From the NCBI GenBank assembly GCA_020724905.1, contig DYGB01000005.1:1-54581 (forward strand): 54,581 bases of DNA, in the 5' to 3' direction. Of this stretch, positions 9,419 to 20,175 are shown piece by piece (the stretch's first letter is position 1; the number at the start of each line of letters is the position of its first letter). The notes under the pieces are model-generated. The model was given only the letters and a program-made list of their open reading frames with translations. It did not search any database and was not told the DNA's origin. The DNA is from Candidatus Paceibacter sp. (GTDB taxonomy: Bacteria; Patescibacteriota; Minisyncoccia; UBA6257; JAGOQP01). The position numbers and the translations under genes are program-made.

Positions 9419-10639
9419 ATGACTCGTATACAAACATTCGCACAACGATACAGGGTGCATATTGTGATAGCCATTATTGGTTTTGTCGTAGGGCTTGGAC
9501 TTTCTTTTCTTTCTCCTCAGGAGGTAGTATCTCCTCCTATCCAAGACCAACCATCTCAGGAGTATAGAGCTCCAGAAGGATATGAACAGGCAATTGTGAG
9601 TGCAGTGCAAAAGGCATCTCCCGCAGTGGTTTCAATTATCGTGAGTAAGGATGTTCCTATCATCGAACAATGTCCTTCTAATCCTTTTTCAAACACTCCT
9701 CGGGGGTTTGAAGATTTCTTTGGATTTGGGAATGACTTTTTTCAATTCTATGAACCATGCCAGAAAGGAACTGAGAAAAGAGAAATCGGAGGGGGAAGTG
9801 GTTTTATCGTATCTTCTGATGGGCTTATTGTGACAAACAAACATGTCGTAGAAGATGATGAGGCACAGTACAGTGTTTTTAGTAATGATGGAACAGAATA
9901 CAAGGCAACAATAGAAGCAGTACATCCAACCCTTGATATCGCAATTATTCGTATTGAAGGAGAAAACCTTCCAACAGTGACACTGGGAAATTCAAATGAG
10001 GTGGTATTGGGGCAGACAACAATCGCAATTGGAAATGCGCTTGGAGAATTCAGAAATACCGTATCGGTAGGTGTTGTGTCTGGACTTGCTCGGAATGTTG
10101 CTGCTACTTCAGCACGGGGAGGGACAGAAATTATCGAAGGAGTGATACAGACTGATGCTGCTATTAATCCAGGAAATTCAGGAGGACCACTTCTTAATAC
10201 AAAGGGGGAAGTTATTGGAATTAATACCGCTATGGTTGCAGGAGCACAAGGAATTGGATTTGCGCTCCCTATTAATGCAGCGAAACAATCAATTCAATCA
10301 GTTGAAACGTATGGTGAGATTCAGGTGGCATATTTGGGAGTACGGTATGTCATGCTTACCCCAGAACGTGCAGAACAATACAATGTCCCACAAAAAGAAG
10401 GAGCTCTTATCAAAGGGTTAGAAGAAGGACTTGCTGTTGAGGTAGGATCCCCTGCATATCAAGCTGGTCTTCGGGAAGGGGATGTTATTATGGAAGTTGA
10501 TGGGGTAAAAATTGACAGAGACACCTCTCTTGCGTATGGTATCTCACAGAAAAACCCAGGAGACACAGTACGTCTGAAAATTGCACGGGGTGAGGAAGAG
10601 TTTGAAATTGATGTTATACTTACTAAACGATCAGAATAA
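9419..10639 (+). CDS. HtrA/DegP-like serine protease with PDZ domain
   Basis: TNKHVV, QTDAAINPGNSGGPL, C-terminal PDZ, N-terminal TM. Confidence 0.95.
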   Translation: MTRIQTFAQRYRVHIVIAIIGFVVGLGLSFLSPQEVVSPPIQDQPSQEYRAPEGYEQAIVSAVQKASPAVVSIIVSKDVPIIEQCPSNPFSNTPRGFEDFFGFGNDFFQFYEPCQKGTEKREIGGGSGFIVSSDGLIVTNKHVVEDDEAQYSVFSNDGTEYKATIEAVHPTLDIAIIRIEGENLPTVTLGNSNEVVLGQTTIAIGNALGEFRNTVSVGVVSGLARNVAATSARGGTEIIEGVIQTDAAINPGNSGGPLLNTKGEVIGINTAMVAGAQGIGFALPINAAKQSIQSVETYGEIQVAYLGVRYVMLTPERAEQYNVPQKEGALIKGLEEGLAVEVGSPAYQAGLREGDVIMEVDGVKIDRDTSLAYGISQKNPGDTVRLKIARGEEEFEIDVILTKRSE

Positions 10640-10642
10640 TAC

Positions 10643-13288
10643 ATGAATAATTTTAATAAATTTACTATAAAGGCTCAGGAAGCATTGCAGACAGCCCAAG
10701 AAATAGCAGGTCAATATAATCATGGAGAATTAAAAGCACTCCACCTATTACTTGCCCTCATTCAAGACAAACAATCACTTGTCTATCCTATGCTCATACA
10801 TGCAGGAGTACATCTTGATGAGCTTGAGCGAGAACTAGAGATGCAGATTGAAAAACAACCAAAAATATTCTCATCACAAAAAGGATCATTTGGACAACTC
10901 TATCTATCGCATGAACTTCTTGGGGTTATTGATGGAGCTCAAAAGATAGCAACAGGAAAACAAGATGAGTTTATTTCATGTGAGCATCTCCTTATGGGGA
11001 TTGCACTTGCTCCCTCATCAGCAGCGGGTGTCCTGCATCGACTTGGATTTACTGAAGAGATAGCCCAAAGAACATTTGATGAGGTGCGAGGATCACATAG
11101 AGTTACCGATGATATGCCAGAAAACAAATTTAAAGCAATAGAAAAATATTCTCTCAATCTCACTCAGAAAGCTCGAGATGGGAAGCTAGATCCTGTAGTA
11201 GGACGAGATGAAGAATTGCGACGAGTTATTCAAGTTCTCTCTCGTCGAACAAAGAATAATCCTGTTCTCATTGGAGAACCAGGTGTGGGAAAGACTGCTG
11301 TTGTTGAAGGACTTGCACAACGCATTGTTTCAGAAGAGGTCCCTGAAAGTTTGATGGGGAAGGAAATTATGATGCTTGATTTAGGATCACTTCTTGCAGG
11401 AACGAAGTTTCGAGGAGATTTTGAGGATCGACTCAAAGCATTCATGAAAGAGGTTCAAGAAGCAGAAGGAAAGATTATCCTCTTTATTGATGAGATTCAT
11501 ACGATTGTAGGGGCAGGAGCTGCCGAGGGAGCGATAGATGCTTCAAACCTCTTAAAACCAGCACTAGCTCGAGGAGAACTTCGTGCTATTGGAGCAACAA
11601 CAACAAAGGAGTATCAGAAATATATAGAAAAAGATGCAGCACTTGAGAGACGGTTCCAACCAATTATGGTGGAAGAGCCTTCACTACATGATAGCATCGC
11701 TATCTTGCGGGGCTTAAAAGAGAAATATGAAGTCCACCATGGTATTCGTATTACCGATGAAGCGATTGTTGCTGCAGCAAATCTTTCGGCTCGCTACATT
11801 ACCGACCGATTCCTTCCTGATAAAGCCATTGACCTTATCGATGAAGCAGCAGCATCACAGCGCCTCGAGTCTGATAGTGTTCCTTCTGATATTGAACGAG
11901 TTCGTCGAGACTTAACTCGTTTTGAGATAGAAAAATCAGCACTTCTTGCAGAGAAGGGAGAAAAGAAAAAAGAGCGCCTTAGTGAAATAGAAAAAGAACT
12001 CCAGAAATATAAAAAAGAACATGATAAACTTTCAAAAGCATGGAAGAAAGAAAAAGATGCTCATGGAAAGATTCATGAATTGCAAAAAAAGATAGACGAG
12101 TTAAAGAGAGAAGCGGAAGCTGAAGAACGAGAAGGAGATTTGGATCGAGTTGCAAAGATAGTATATGGAGAACTTCCTGAACTTGAAAAAGAATTAAAAG
12201 GTCTTGAGAAAAAACAAAAGAGTAGAGGAAAGCGATCTCGTAGCTTTATCAAAGAAGAAATTGATGAAGAGGATATTGCACGAGTTGTTGCTCGGTGGAC
12301 AGGCGTACCAGTCTCAAAAATGATGGAATCTGAAAATGAAAAATTAACAAAGATTGATGAGATTTTAGGAGAACAGGTAATTGGACAGACGTATGCTGTT
12401 GATCAAGTATCTCGGGCTCTCAGGCGTGCACGAGCAGGACTTTCTGATGAAGATAGACCACTTGGTTCCTTTATGTTCCTTGGTCCTACAGGAGTAGGAA
12501 AAACAGAACTTGCACGAGCACTAGCTGAGTTCATGTTTAATGACAAAAAAGCACTTGTTCGTATTGATATGTCTGAATTTATGGAACGGCATGCTGTTGC
12601 AAAACTTATAGGATCTCCTCCAGGATATATTGGTCATGAAGAAGGAGGACACCTTACAGAAATTGTTCGTCATCGTCCTTACAGCCTTATCCTGTTTGAT
12701 GAAATAGAGAAAGCACACCCTGATGCATTTAATATTCTGCTTCAGGTACTTGATAATGGAAGACTAACAGATTCAAAAGGACGAGTGGTAAACTTCAAAA
12801 ATACAATTATCATTCTTACCTCAAATATAGGAAGTGATTTCTTTTATGAGTCAGGAGGACCTATTGGATTTAATGGGAAAGGATCCGAAAAAGAGAAAGA
12901 AGAGCATCGTATGGAGTCAATTCGAGAAAGAGTTATGGAAAGCTTGCGAGAAAACTTTCGTCCAGAGTTTATTAATCGACTTGATGATATTGTTATCTTT
13001 AATGCATTATCTCAAAAAGATATAGAAAAGATTGTTGATATTCAGATTCAAGAATTAGTAATCAATAAGATGGAGAAGAAAGGATTTTCAATCCAGGTTG
13101 ATACTTCAGCTCGAAAGTATATAGCACAAGAAGCATTTGACCCTCAGTTTGGTGCCCGACCAATTCGTCGATATATACAAAAACATGTTGTTGATGAGCT
13201 TGCTGAGAAAATAATAAAACAACGCATTAATGGAAAGAAAAAAATTAAAATTACTGCCAAAGGCAGGAGTGGTATCACTATTACTTAG
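10643..13288 (+). CDS. clpB: AAA+ chaperone ClpB
   Basis: Clp N-domain, two Walker A motifs ([16 protein letters not shown]), long coiled-coil middle domain. Confidence 0.95.
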   Translation: MNNFNKFTIKAQEALQTAQEIAGQYNHGELKALHLLLALIQDKQSLVYPMLIHAGVHLDELERELEMQIEKQPKIFSSQKGSFGQLYLSHELLGVIDGAQKIATGKQDEFISCEHLLMGIALAPSSAAGVLHRLGFTEEIAQRTFDEVRGSHRVTDDMPENKFKAIEKYSLNLTQKARDGKLDPVVGRDEELRRVIQVLSRRTKNNPVLIGEPGVGKTAVVEGLAQRIVSEEVPESLMGKEIMMLDLGSLLAGTKFRGDFEDRLKAFMKEVQEAEGKIILFIDEIHTIVGAGAAEGAIDASNLLKPALARGELRAIGATTTKEYQKYIEKDAALERRFQPIMVEEPSLHDSIAILRGLKEKYEVHHGIRITDEAIVAAANLSARYITDRFLPDKAIDLIDEAAASQRLESDSVPSDIERVRRDLTRFEIEKSALLAEKGEKKKERLSEIEKELQKYKKEHDKLSKAWKKEKDAHGKIHELQKKIDELKREAEAEEREGDLDRVAKIVYGELPELEKELKGLEKKQKSRGKRSRSFIKEEIDEEDIARVVARWTGVPVSKMMESENEKLTKIDEILGEQVIGQTYAVDQVSRALRRARAGLSDEDRPLGSFMFLGPTGVGKTELARALAEFMFNDKKALVRIDMSEFMERHAVAKLIGSPPGYIGHEEGGHLTEIVRHRPYSLILFDEIEKAHPDAFNILLQVLDNGRLTDSKGRVVNFKNTIIILTSNIGSDFFYESGGPIGFNGKGSEKEKEEHRMESIRERVMESLRENFRPEFINRLDDIVIFNALSQKDIEKIVDIQIQELVINKMEKKGFSIQVDTSARKYIAQEAFDPQFGARPIRRYIQKHVVDELAEKIIKQRINGKKKIKITAKGRSGITIT

Positions 13289-13976
13289 TGGTCTTCTCTA
13301 TATCATAGGGCTTTTTCTCCTCTTTACCCAAGGGTCATGGTGGACGTGGTTGGTATATATTGGAATAAGTATCTATCTGTACAGAAAATTCTTTTACAAA
13401 ACGAAAGGATTTATATGGTTTGGAGTGGGAATTATTCTTGCGTCTCTATGGGCAGTTACTATTGTTTCTTCTCCAGCGCTTTCACTATTGATATCGATTG
13501 TTTTTGGAGTACTTCTTATGTTGTTATTGGGGCTGGAGATATCACTCTTTCATAAAGAGGAGTTTATCGTCAGTATTCTTTTCTACTCCCTCGTTTATAT
13601 TCTTCTCGCTCTGTTTTCTTTTTCTGTTACGATCCTTGGTCCATGGGGACAGATTGGTATGATTATTATATTGTTCTTGAGTATTGGGGTAATGCTTCGA
13701 GACGTTTCCTATCTTGTTCTTGATACCTCTTCAGATATTGTGATTCTTACCTATGCATTTATTGCCTCATTTCTCACCATGCAGATGGTGTGGATGAGTA
13801 GCTTGTTCTCATTTGGATTTTTGTATGGTGCGTCTCTGAGCACAGTCTTTTTGATTTTGTTTTCTGATACCTTCTTGCGGTACAAAACTGCACAACTAAC
13901 AAAGAATGCCATTCTCCAAAACAGTATATTTTTGGTACTATTCTCTGTGGGGATTGTCTTACTTTCATTGGTATGA
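13230..13976 (+). CDS. Multi-pass membrane protein, unknown function
   Basis: About 8 hydrophobic segments; overlaps clpB and tsaE. Confidence 0.75.
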   Translation: MERKKLKLLPKAGVVSLLLSGLLYIIGLFLLFTQGSWWTWLVYIGISIYLYRKFFYKTKGFIWFGVGIILASLWAVTIVSSPALSLLISIVFGVLLMLLLGLEISLFHKEEFIVSILFYSLVYILLALFSFSVTILGPWGQIGMIIILFLSIGVMLRDVSYLVLDTSSDIVILTYAFIASFLTMQMVWMSSLFSFGFLYGASLSTVFLILFSDTFLRYKTAQLTKNAILQNSIFLVLFSVGIVLLSLV

Positions 13977-14428
13977 AATTGATATCACGGACTGAGGAAG
14001 AAACACAACAGATAGGGGAGAAGTGTGGGGTGTTTCTTGAAAAATACATTGCACAACACAAGACTCCTGTGCTAGTAACACTTCAGGGAGAATTAGGAAG
14101 CGGGAAGACAGTATTTAGCAGAGGAGTGCTCAAGGCGTTTGGGATTATCCCACATGGAGCAAGTCCAACATTTGTATTAATGAAACGATATACTCCACAG
14201 CATGAGAGTGTGGTTTCTCATATTATTCATATAGATGCGTACAGATTAGACAAAGAGACTAATATAGATGCTATTGGGTTTAATGACCTTACAAAAGAAG
14301 ATGCAATCATACTTATTGAATGGCCAGAACATATTTCATATACACCAGACATTCCTCATCTGATGGTTGTTTGTGAACACGGAGAAGATGAAACTATTCG
14401 ATATATAGATATAAGAAAACCCCAGTAA
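13973..14428 (+). CDS. tsaE: t6A biosynthesis ATPase TsaE
   Basis: LQGELGSGKT, SPTF, HIDAYRL, IEWPE. Confidence 0.95.
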   Translation: MKLISRTEEETQQIGEKCGVFLEKYIAQHKTPVLVTLQGELGSGKTVFSRGVLKAFGIIPHGASPTFVLMKRYTPQHESVVSHIIHIDAYRLDKETNIDAIGFNDLTKEDAIILIEWPEHISYTPDIPHLMVVCEHGEDETIRYIDIRKPQ

Positions 14429-14445
14429 ACTACACTGGGGTTTTT
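14416..14445. terminator. Bidirectional intrinsic terminator
   Basis: AAAACCCCAGT...ACTGGGGTTTT hairpin between convergent genes. Confidence 0.7.
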
Positions 14446-14448
14446 GGT

Positions 14449-14814
14449 TTATCTAAATTCCCTCTCTTGTATTGTCCATTGATAGCTTTCATATGGGCGG
14501 GTGTAGAAAGAAAAAGTTTTCTCGGATATTTTTAGGACATTGTTTTGTGGCTGTATTGCCACAAACGTCACCCTCTTCGATCTGTTTGTATTCGCAAAGA
14601 TAGAAAAGAAATGATATCTCCCTATAGAATAACTTTCTCCAGGATCAAGTGTTGCGATTCTTTCCCCAAAAAGATGTATATGTGCAACTTGCATCGTGCC
14701 ATTCGTTATAGTAATGGCGGGTGGAGATGATACGAACGGTTGATTGTAGCATCCACTACCAAAAAAGCTAAAAACAATTAGGGTTAAGAGTAAAAGAATA
14801 TGACTCTTTTTCAT
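14449..14814 (-). CDS. Putative lipoprotein
   Basis: Basic N-terminus, hydrophobic stretch, lipobox-like GSGC; AGGAGG RBS. Confidence 0.7.
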   Translation of the reverse strand: MKKSHILLLLTLIVFSFFGSGCYNQPFVSSPPAITITNGTMQVAHIHLFGERIATLDPGESYSIGRYHFFSIFANTNRSKRVTFVAIQPQNNVLKISEKTFSFYTRPYESYQWTIQEREFR

Positions 14815-14842
14815 GACTTCCTCCTGTTAATTTTCTAATTAC

Positions 14843-14871
14843 ATTATACATCTTTAGTATAAATATGTCAA
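14843..14871 (-). promoter_or_regulatory. Consensus sigma70 promoter
   Basis: TTGACA-17 bp-TATAAT on minus strand upstream of the lipoprotein. Confidence 0.75.
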
Positions 14872-14916
14872 TGTTTTGGTTTCTTTTTCCTTGTTTTTCT
14901 CGTACAATAGACATAT

Positions 14917-16587
14917 ATGAAGGAAAACGAACTCCACGATCAACTGTCTCAAATGAGACGTGAAGCTGAAGAAAGAGATGCGCAACGACGTGCAGATTCA
15001 GCTGGGGTGAAGTATCTTCCAAAAGAAAAGTTGGCAGTGAATGTTGATGCGCTTGCATTAATAGAAGAACACGAAGCACATGAAGCACAATGTGCAATTG
15101 TTGAGGAAGAAGACAAACGAGTTGCACTCGTTACGCTTGATCCAGGATTTTCTAAAACAAAAAAAGTCATACAGACATTAAAAGAGAAGGGATATGATGT
15201 TGTCTTGTATGTTGTATCGCACAGTTCTCTTGAGTACGCCTATTCTTTTTATAAACACGTCACGTCACGTCGGAGTGCTGTTGTAGGGGCAGTAAAAATT
15301 GAAGAAGACAGCGAGGGGACAATCCAGGAACATGAGATAGAAACGCTAGAGAAAGTAAAAGAGTCACTGACCAAGTATAATTCTCCAGGATCAATATCTT
15401 TATTTATGCAGGCACTTCTTCTGGGGGCAATGTCTCTTCGTGCTTCTGATATTCATATAGAACCTCGAAATGAAAGTGTCATAGTACGATATCGTATTGA
15501 TGGTATTCTTCAGGACATCTTTGCTGGTATGACACAACATGTATATCGTGCCGTATTGTCACGAATAAAACTCCGTTCCGAGTTAAAAATAAATGTGAGA
15601 GATGAGGCGCAAGATGGACGATTCACCATTGATTTCACGGAAAAAAGGGATATTGAAGTACGTGTTGCAATTGCTCCCTCAGAGTTTGGAGAAGTTGTGG
15701 TAATGCGTCTTTTAGATCCAGAGACAATACAATTAGAGCTTTCTCAGTTAGGACTTCGAGAAGATGATCTAGCGATTATAGAAAAAGAATTGAAAAAACC
15801 TCATGGAATGATCCTTAATACTGGTCCAACAGGATCGGGAAAAACAACAACACTGTATGCGTTTTTGAAACGGAAACACTCTTCTGAGGTAAAGATTATT
15901 ACCATAGAAAACCCTATTGAATATCACATTGAAGGTATTGAACAAACACAAGTAGACCCCCAGGCAGGGTATACATTTTCTGATGGGCTCAAATCTCTGA
16001 TGAGACAAGACCCTGATATTATATTGGTTGGAGAAATTCGTGACAAAGAAACAGCAGAAATTGCAGTACAGGCATCTCTTACTGGGCATATGGTATTTTC
16101 TACCGTACACGCAAATGAATCCACCGGAGGAATACCTCGTCTTTTAGACTTGGGCGCAAAAGCAAACAGTCTTGCTCCAGCGCTTAACCTTATCATCGCA
16201 CAACGTTTGGTACGTCGTCTCTGTGATGCATGTAAAAAAGAAGTCCCTCTTGAGAACAAGGAGACTATTGAAACGTTTCTTTCCTCACTTCCCAAGAGAG
16301 TAGAAACGGAGAGTCTTAAAACGGTTGATCATGTATACGAACCGGTAGGATGTCCGGTCTGCAATGGAACTGGATTTAAGGGTCGTATTGGTATTTATGA
16401 ACTTCTTGAGATTAATGATCGTATTCAGGAGCTTATCTTAGAAGAAGCAGGGAGTCTCCGTATTAAAGAAGCTGCGCAGAAGAATTTATTCGTGTCTCTT
16501 CAACAAGACGGTGTGTTAAAAGTCTTACGCGGCATTACCACACTCACTGAAGTTGAGCGAGTAACAGGAGATATCCAATGGAAATAA
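14917..16587 (+). CDS. pilB: Type IV pilus assembly ATPase PilB/GspE
   Basis: ASDIHIEP, GPTGSGKTT, RQDPDIILVGEIRD, CxxC...CxxC zinc motif. Confidence 0.9.
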   Translation: MKENELHDQLSQMRREAEERDAQRRADSAGVKYLPKEKLAVNVDALALIEEHEAHEAQCAIVEEEDKRVALVTLDPGFSKTKKVIQTLKEKGYDVVLYVVSHSSLEYAYSFYKHVTSRRSAVVGAVKIEEDSEGTIQEHEIETLEKVKESLTKYNSPGSISLFMQALLLGAMSLRASDIHIEPRNESVIVRYRIDGILQDIFAGMTQHVYRAVLSRIKLRSELKINVRDEAQDGRFTIDFTEKRDIEVRVAIAPSEFGEVVVMRLLDPETIQLELSQLGLREDDLAIIEKELKKPHGMILNTGPTGSGKTTTLYAFLKRKHSSEVKIITIENPIEYHIEGIEQTQVDPQAGYTFSDGLKSLMRQDPDIILVGEIRDKETAEIAVQASLTGHMVFSTVHANESTGGIPRLLDLGAKANSLAPALNLIIAQRLVRRLCDACKKEVPLENKETIETFLSSLPKRVETESLKTVDHVYEPVGCPVCNGTGFKGRIGIYELLEINDRIQELILEEAGSLRIKEAAQKNLFVSLQQDGVLKVLRGITTLTEVERVTGDIQWK

Positions 16588-16752
16588 AAAAATCGCCTCG
16601 TACTGTGGACAACTGTGTGGAAACATTTCCAATATAAAAATGGAAATGAAAAGAATAATTCAGAGGTGGGTCCGAGCTTACACCAAGACCTCCTGAGCAT
16701 AGAGTTATTCCAAAAAAGTGTGCCCACAGAACGAGACGATTTTTAGAGTACA
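16586..16752 (-). ncRNA. Candidate structured ncRNA, possibly 6S RNA
   Basis: Minus-strand TTGACA-17-TATATT promoter (16787-16759); about 25-bp terminal stem with G-U pairs valid on the minus strand; inner hairpins; ends in U-run. Confidence 0.5.
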
Positions 16753-16846
16753 AAATAGAATATAGCATAAAGACATTTATTTGTCAAGTCTTTCTTTGTC
16801 TTAACGATATATGCCACAGTAAGCTATAATACTAAGTGTAAAATAT

Positions 16847-17836
16847 ATGTCAAGTAACCCTTCTAGAGAACAAGAGAATACAGAACAACCTCTTTCAGCA
16901 GAACAGGTGCTTCGTCCTAAGAACTTTGATGAGTATGTTGGACAAAAAAAGATAAAAGAGAATGTTCGTACAATGGTAACCGCTGCAAAACAGCGAGGAG
17001 AACCTGTTGATCATATGCTTTTTTATGGACAAGCAGGACTTGGAAAAACAACACTTGCAATGATTGTTGCTGATGCAATGGGATCATCACTACATACAAC
17101 AACGGGGCCAGCGATTGAAAAGTCTGCTGACCTGGCCGCTCTCCTTTCAAGTCTTGAAGAAGGGGATGTACTCTTTATTGATGAGATACACAGACTACAT
17201 AAATCGGTTGAAGAAGTGCTCTACCCAGCAATGGAAACACGGACTCTCCATCTTGTGGTTGGGAAGGGACCAACTGCACGAATGCTTTCTATAGATCTTT
17301 CTCCCTTCACTCTTATTGGAGCAACGACACGTATCGATATGCTCACCTCACCACTTCGATCACGATTTGGTGCAGTGTTTCGTCTTGATTATTATACGCA
17401 CGAAGATATAGAAAAGATTGTAGAACGGTCAGCACGATTACTGAACATAGAGATAGAACAAAAGGCTCAACAGAGTATCGCTCGTGCATCACGCTTTACT
17501 CCACGAACAGCAAACAGACTCCTTAAAAGAGTACGAGATGTTTCTCAAGTACTAGGAGAACAAGTAATCACCCAAGAGAGTGCACTTCGTGCTCTTGAGA
17601 TGTTTGATATTGATTATCTTGGGCTTGAAGATCATGACAGAAAACTTCTCTCTATTATTGAACACAAATTTAAAGGAGGACCTGTGGGGATAGCAACACT
17701 ATCCGCTGCACTTGGGCAAGACAAAAAAACAATAGAGGAAATTTATGAACCATTTTTGTTAAAGGCAGGTCTTTTACAAAGAACGTCAGGAGGAAGAGTT
17801 ATCACTGATCTTGCTCGTAAACATATTGATGAGTAA
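16847..17836 (+). CDS. ruvB: Holliday junction helicase RuvB
   Basis: LRPKNFDEYVGQ, GLGKTTLA, FIDEIHRL, GATTR, TPRTANRLL. Confidence 0.98.
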   Translation: MSSNPSREQENTEQPLSAEQVLRPKNFDEYVGQKKIKENVRTMVTAAKQRGEPVDHMLFYGQAGLGKTTLAMIVADAMGSSLHTTTGPAIEKSADLAALLSSLEEGDVLFIDEIHRLHKSVEEVLYPAMETRTLHLVVGKGPTARMLSIDLSPFTLIGATTRIDMLTSPLRSRFGAVFRLDYYTHEDIEKIVERSARLLNIEIEQKAQQSIARASRFTPRTANRLLKRVRDVSQVLGEQVITQESALRALEMFDIDYLGLEDHDRKLLSIIEHKFKGGPVGIATLSAALGQDKKTIEEIYEPFLLKAGLLQRTSGGRVITDLARKHIDE

Positions 17837-17849
17837 ATAAACCCTATCC

Positions 17850-18341
17850 ATGTCTTTTATCTCACGCATGCTTCCAAATCCTCCTGGGTCTGATACAGAA
17901 GGTGAGTGGATTGAAGTATGTCTTGATATAGAGAGTCCTCTTTCACTCTATCTTTCTGATGAGTCAGGAGATAAGTCTCTTATCATAAGAAGAGAAACAG
18001 GAGAGTGTGAAAAACTATATAGAGGAGATACACATATCACACTGAATAATAATGGAGACAGTGTGTTTCTTGGTACACAAGAAACTATCCATGATGAGCG
18101 TTCATATGAATCAGTAAAAGAAGGAGAGATAGTTGTCTGTTCTGAAAGTAAAAGCAGTACAGAAAGCATACGGGAAGAGGCTCGTATTATCGGAGTAGAA
18201 GAACAAGTGTTGCAGGAAGGAACAACAACAAGTGACATCGTAATAACGGGCATATTTGTTGCTTGTTGCATGGTTGGTATTGTCCTTTTTTATCTCGTAA
18301 AAAACGGAGCTCTTTTGTTTTTAAAATCACTTGACAAATAA
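17850..18341 (+). CDS. Lamin-tail-domain protein with C-terminal TM anchor
   Basis: MLPNPPGSDTEGEWIE and LNNNGDSV LTD-like motifs. Confidence 0.65.
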   Translation: MSFISRMLPNPPGSDTEGEWIEVCLDIESPLSLYLSDESGDKSLIIRRETGECEKLYRGDTHITLNNNGDSVFLGTQETIHDERSYESVKEGEIVVCSESKSSTESIREEARIIGVEEQVLQEGTTTSDIVITGIFVACCMVGIVLFYLVKNGALLFLKSLDK

Positions 18342-18360
18342 TATGAGGGTTGTGTATACT
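18331..18360 (+). promoter_or_regulatory. Promoter of the 23S-5S transcript
   Basis: TTGACA-18 bp-TATACT about 240 bp upstream of 23S. Confidence 0.65.
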
Positions 18361-19133
18361 TCGTCCGTAATGATGTATAGAAAAGAATCTAAGACTATGT
18401 GCGGATGATACCCGATGTAGTATTCGTGTGTCCCGTCCGCCATGTGCGGATTTTTTATTTCTGAAACGCCGAAACGAAAGAACATTACAAATATCATATA
18501 GTCTATTGCGGCCCAATAGAGTGTATGCATTATAACCATTGCATCACATACTCTATCTCCCACTCACAACACTTCTAAAAAGTGGAGATAGATGTATACA
18601 AGAAAATAAATTTTATAAGGGCGTAGGACGGATGCCTTGACACTGTATGGCGATGAAGGACGTGGCGTAGCTGCGAAAAGCCTCGGGGAGATGCGTAGCA
18701 ATCTTTGATCCGGGGATATCCGAATGGGGAAACCTAACATAGCAAACCTATGTTGTTCTGACACATAAGAGGTCAGAATGCGAACCTGCTGAAGTGAAAC
18801 ATCTCAGTAAGCAGAGGAAAAGAGAACGAAGTTATTTCCTGAGTAGCGGCGAGCGAAAAGGAAAGAGCCCAAACCATCTCTAATTTATTAGAGGTGGGGT
18901 TGTAAGATATATGCGTTTCTTGTCTATTGCTCAGTTTTCTGAGCAATGTGCAAGAAGAAAAGTTACAAATTTTTTTGTTAGCTGAACTTTGTGGAAACAA
19001 AGACCAGAGAGGGCGAACGTCCCGTAGGCGAAAACAAAAAAACTTTTAGTGTATATTCTTGAGTACTTCGAGGAATGCAACCCTCGGAGGAATCATCCCG
19101 TACTATCGGGAAAGGCTAAATACATACAGTGAT

Positions 19134-19172
<39 letters not shown>

Positions 19173-19877
19173 GGCCGGTGAGGCCGATGAAATAGAACCT
19201 GAAATCCTACGCTTACAAGGAGCGAGAGCCCGTTACTCTATTATTTCGGTAATAGAGGGGGTGATCGTGTGCCTATTGAAGAATGAGCCAACGAGTTTAT
19301 GTATATCCCTGTCTAAGCTTTACGGAGCGGAGGCAGAGCGAAAGCGAGTCTTAAAAGGGCGACTATGGGGGTATGCATAAGACCCGAAGCCAGGTGAGCT
19401 TGCCTTGGGCAGGGTGAAGTTTCGAGAAATCGAAATGGAGGCCCGAACCGGTTGATTGTGCAAAATCTTCGGATGACCTGAGGTAAGGAGTGAAAAGCTA
19501 ATCGAACCTGGTAATAGCTGGTTCTCTCCGAAATAGCTTTAGGGCTAGCGTCGTAGAAAAACATAATGGGGGTAGAGCAACTGGTTGAGAAGTAAAGGGG
19601 GAAACCTCGCCTTCTCAGTCAAACTCCGAATACCGTTATGATCGCTACGGCAGTCAGAACGTGGGGGCTAAGCTCCATGTTCGCGAGGGGAACAGCCCAG
19701 ATCGTAGTCTAAGGTCCCTAAATATATGCTAAGTGTGAAAGGTGGTAATCTGCCCCAGACAGGTAGGAGGTTGGCTTAGAGGTAGCCATCCTTTAAAGAG
19801 TGTGTAACAACCCACTACTAGATGGCAGATTGCGCCGAAAATTTATCGGGGCTAAGCATATTACCGAAGACACGGAT

Positions 19878-20175
19878 ACATAGACTTCATAGAGGAAGTC
19901 GCACATTAATACAAAATTGCGAGGGAGATTCTGTATTTCAGAAATACAGAAGAAGAAAGTACGTCTTTCATCCCTCGCCCGAAATTGCAGGGTGGAGAAA
20001 TTGGTTATCTCACAAGATCAAGTACATAAAGGATGGAAATACTATTCAATATAATGGCTGGTAGTCATATTTGATTTTGAGAATGGAGGTTCGAACCCTT
20101 CCCCTGCAACGAAGTGCTACAAGCACTCACAATTCTGGCGAAGAATTTTCTTCGCCTCCTCTATGAAGTCTATGT
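19878..20175 (+). other. Intervening sequence in 23S helix 45
   Basis: 298 nt bounded by a perfect 19-bp inverted repeat ACATAGACTTCATAGAGGA/TCCTCTATGAAGTCTATGT, between CCGAAGACACGGA and GTGGTAGGAGAGC. Confidence 0.9.
19986..20109 (+). ncRNA. tRNA-like cloverleaf with expanded anticodon arm inside the 23S IVS
   Basis: Acceptor TGCAGGG/CCCTGCA plus A, D-arm GAGA/TCTC, T-arm GGAGG-TTCGAAC-CCTTC; 57 nt in place of the 7-nt anticodon loop. Confidence 0.8.

Noticed and set aside
19822-20064. 80-aa ORF as an IVS-encoded protein or homing endonuclease
   Set aside because: Starts in conserved rRNA, has no nuclease motif, and the region is explained by RNA structure
19986-20109. Intron-containing functional tRNA-Met
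   Set aside because: The 50 extra nt are too short for a self-splicing intron and no single excision gives a U33-CAT loop
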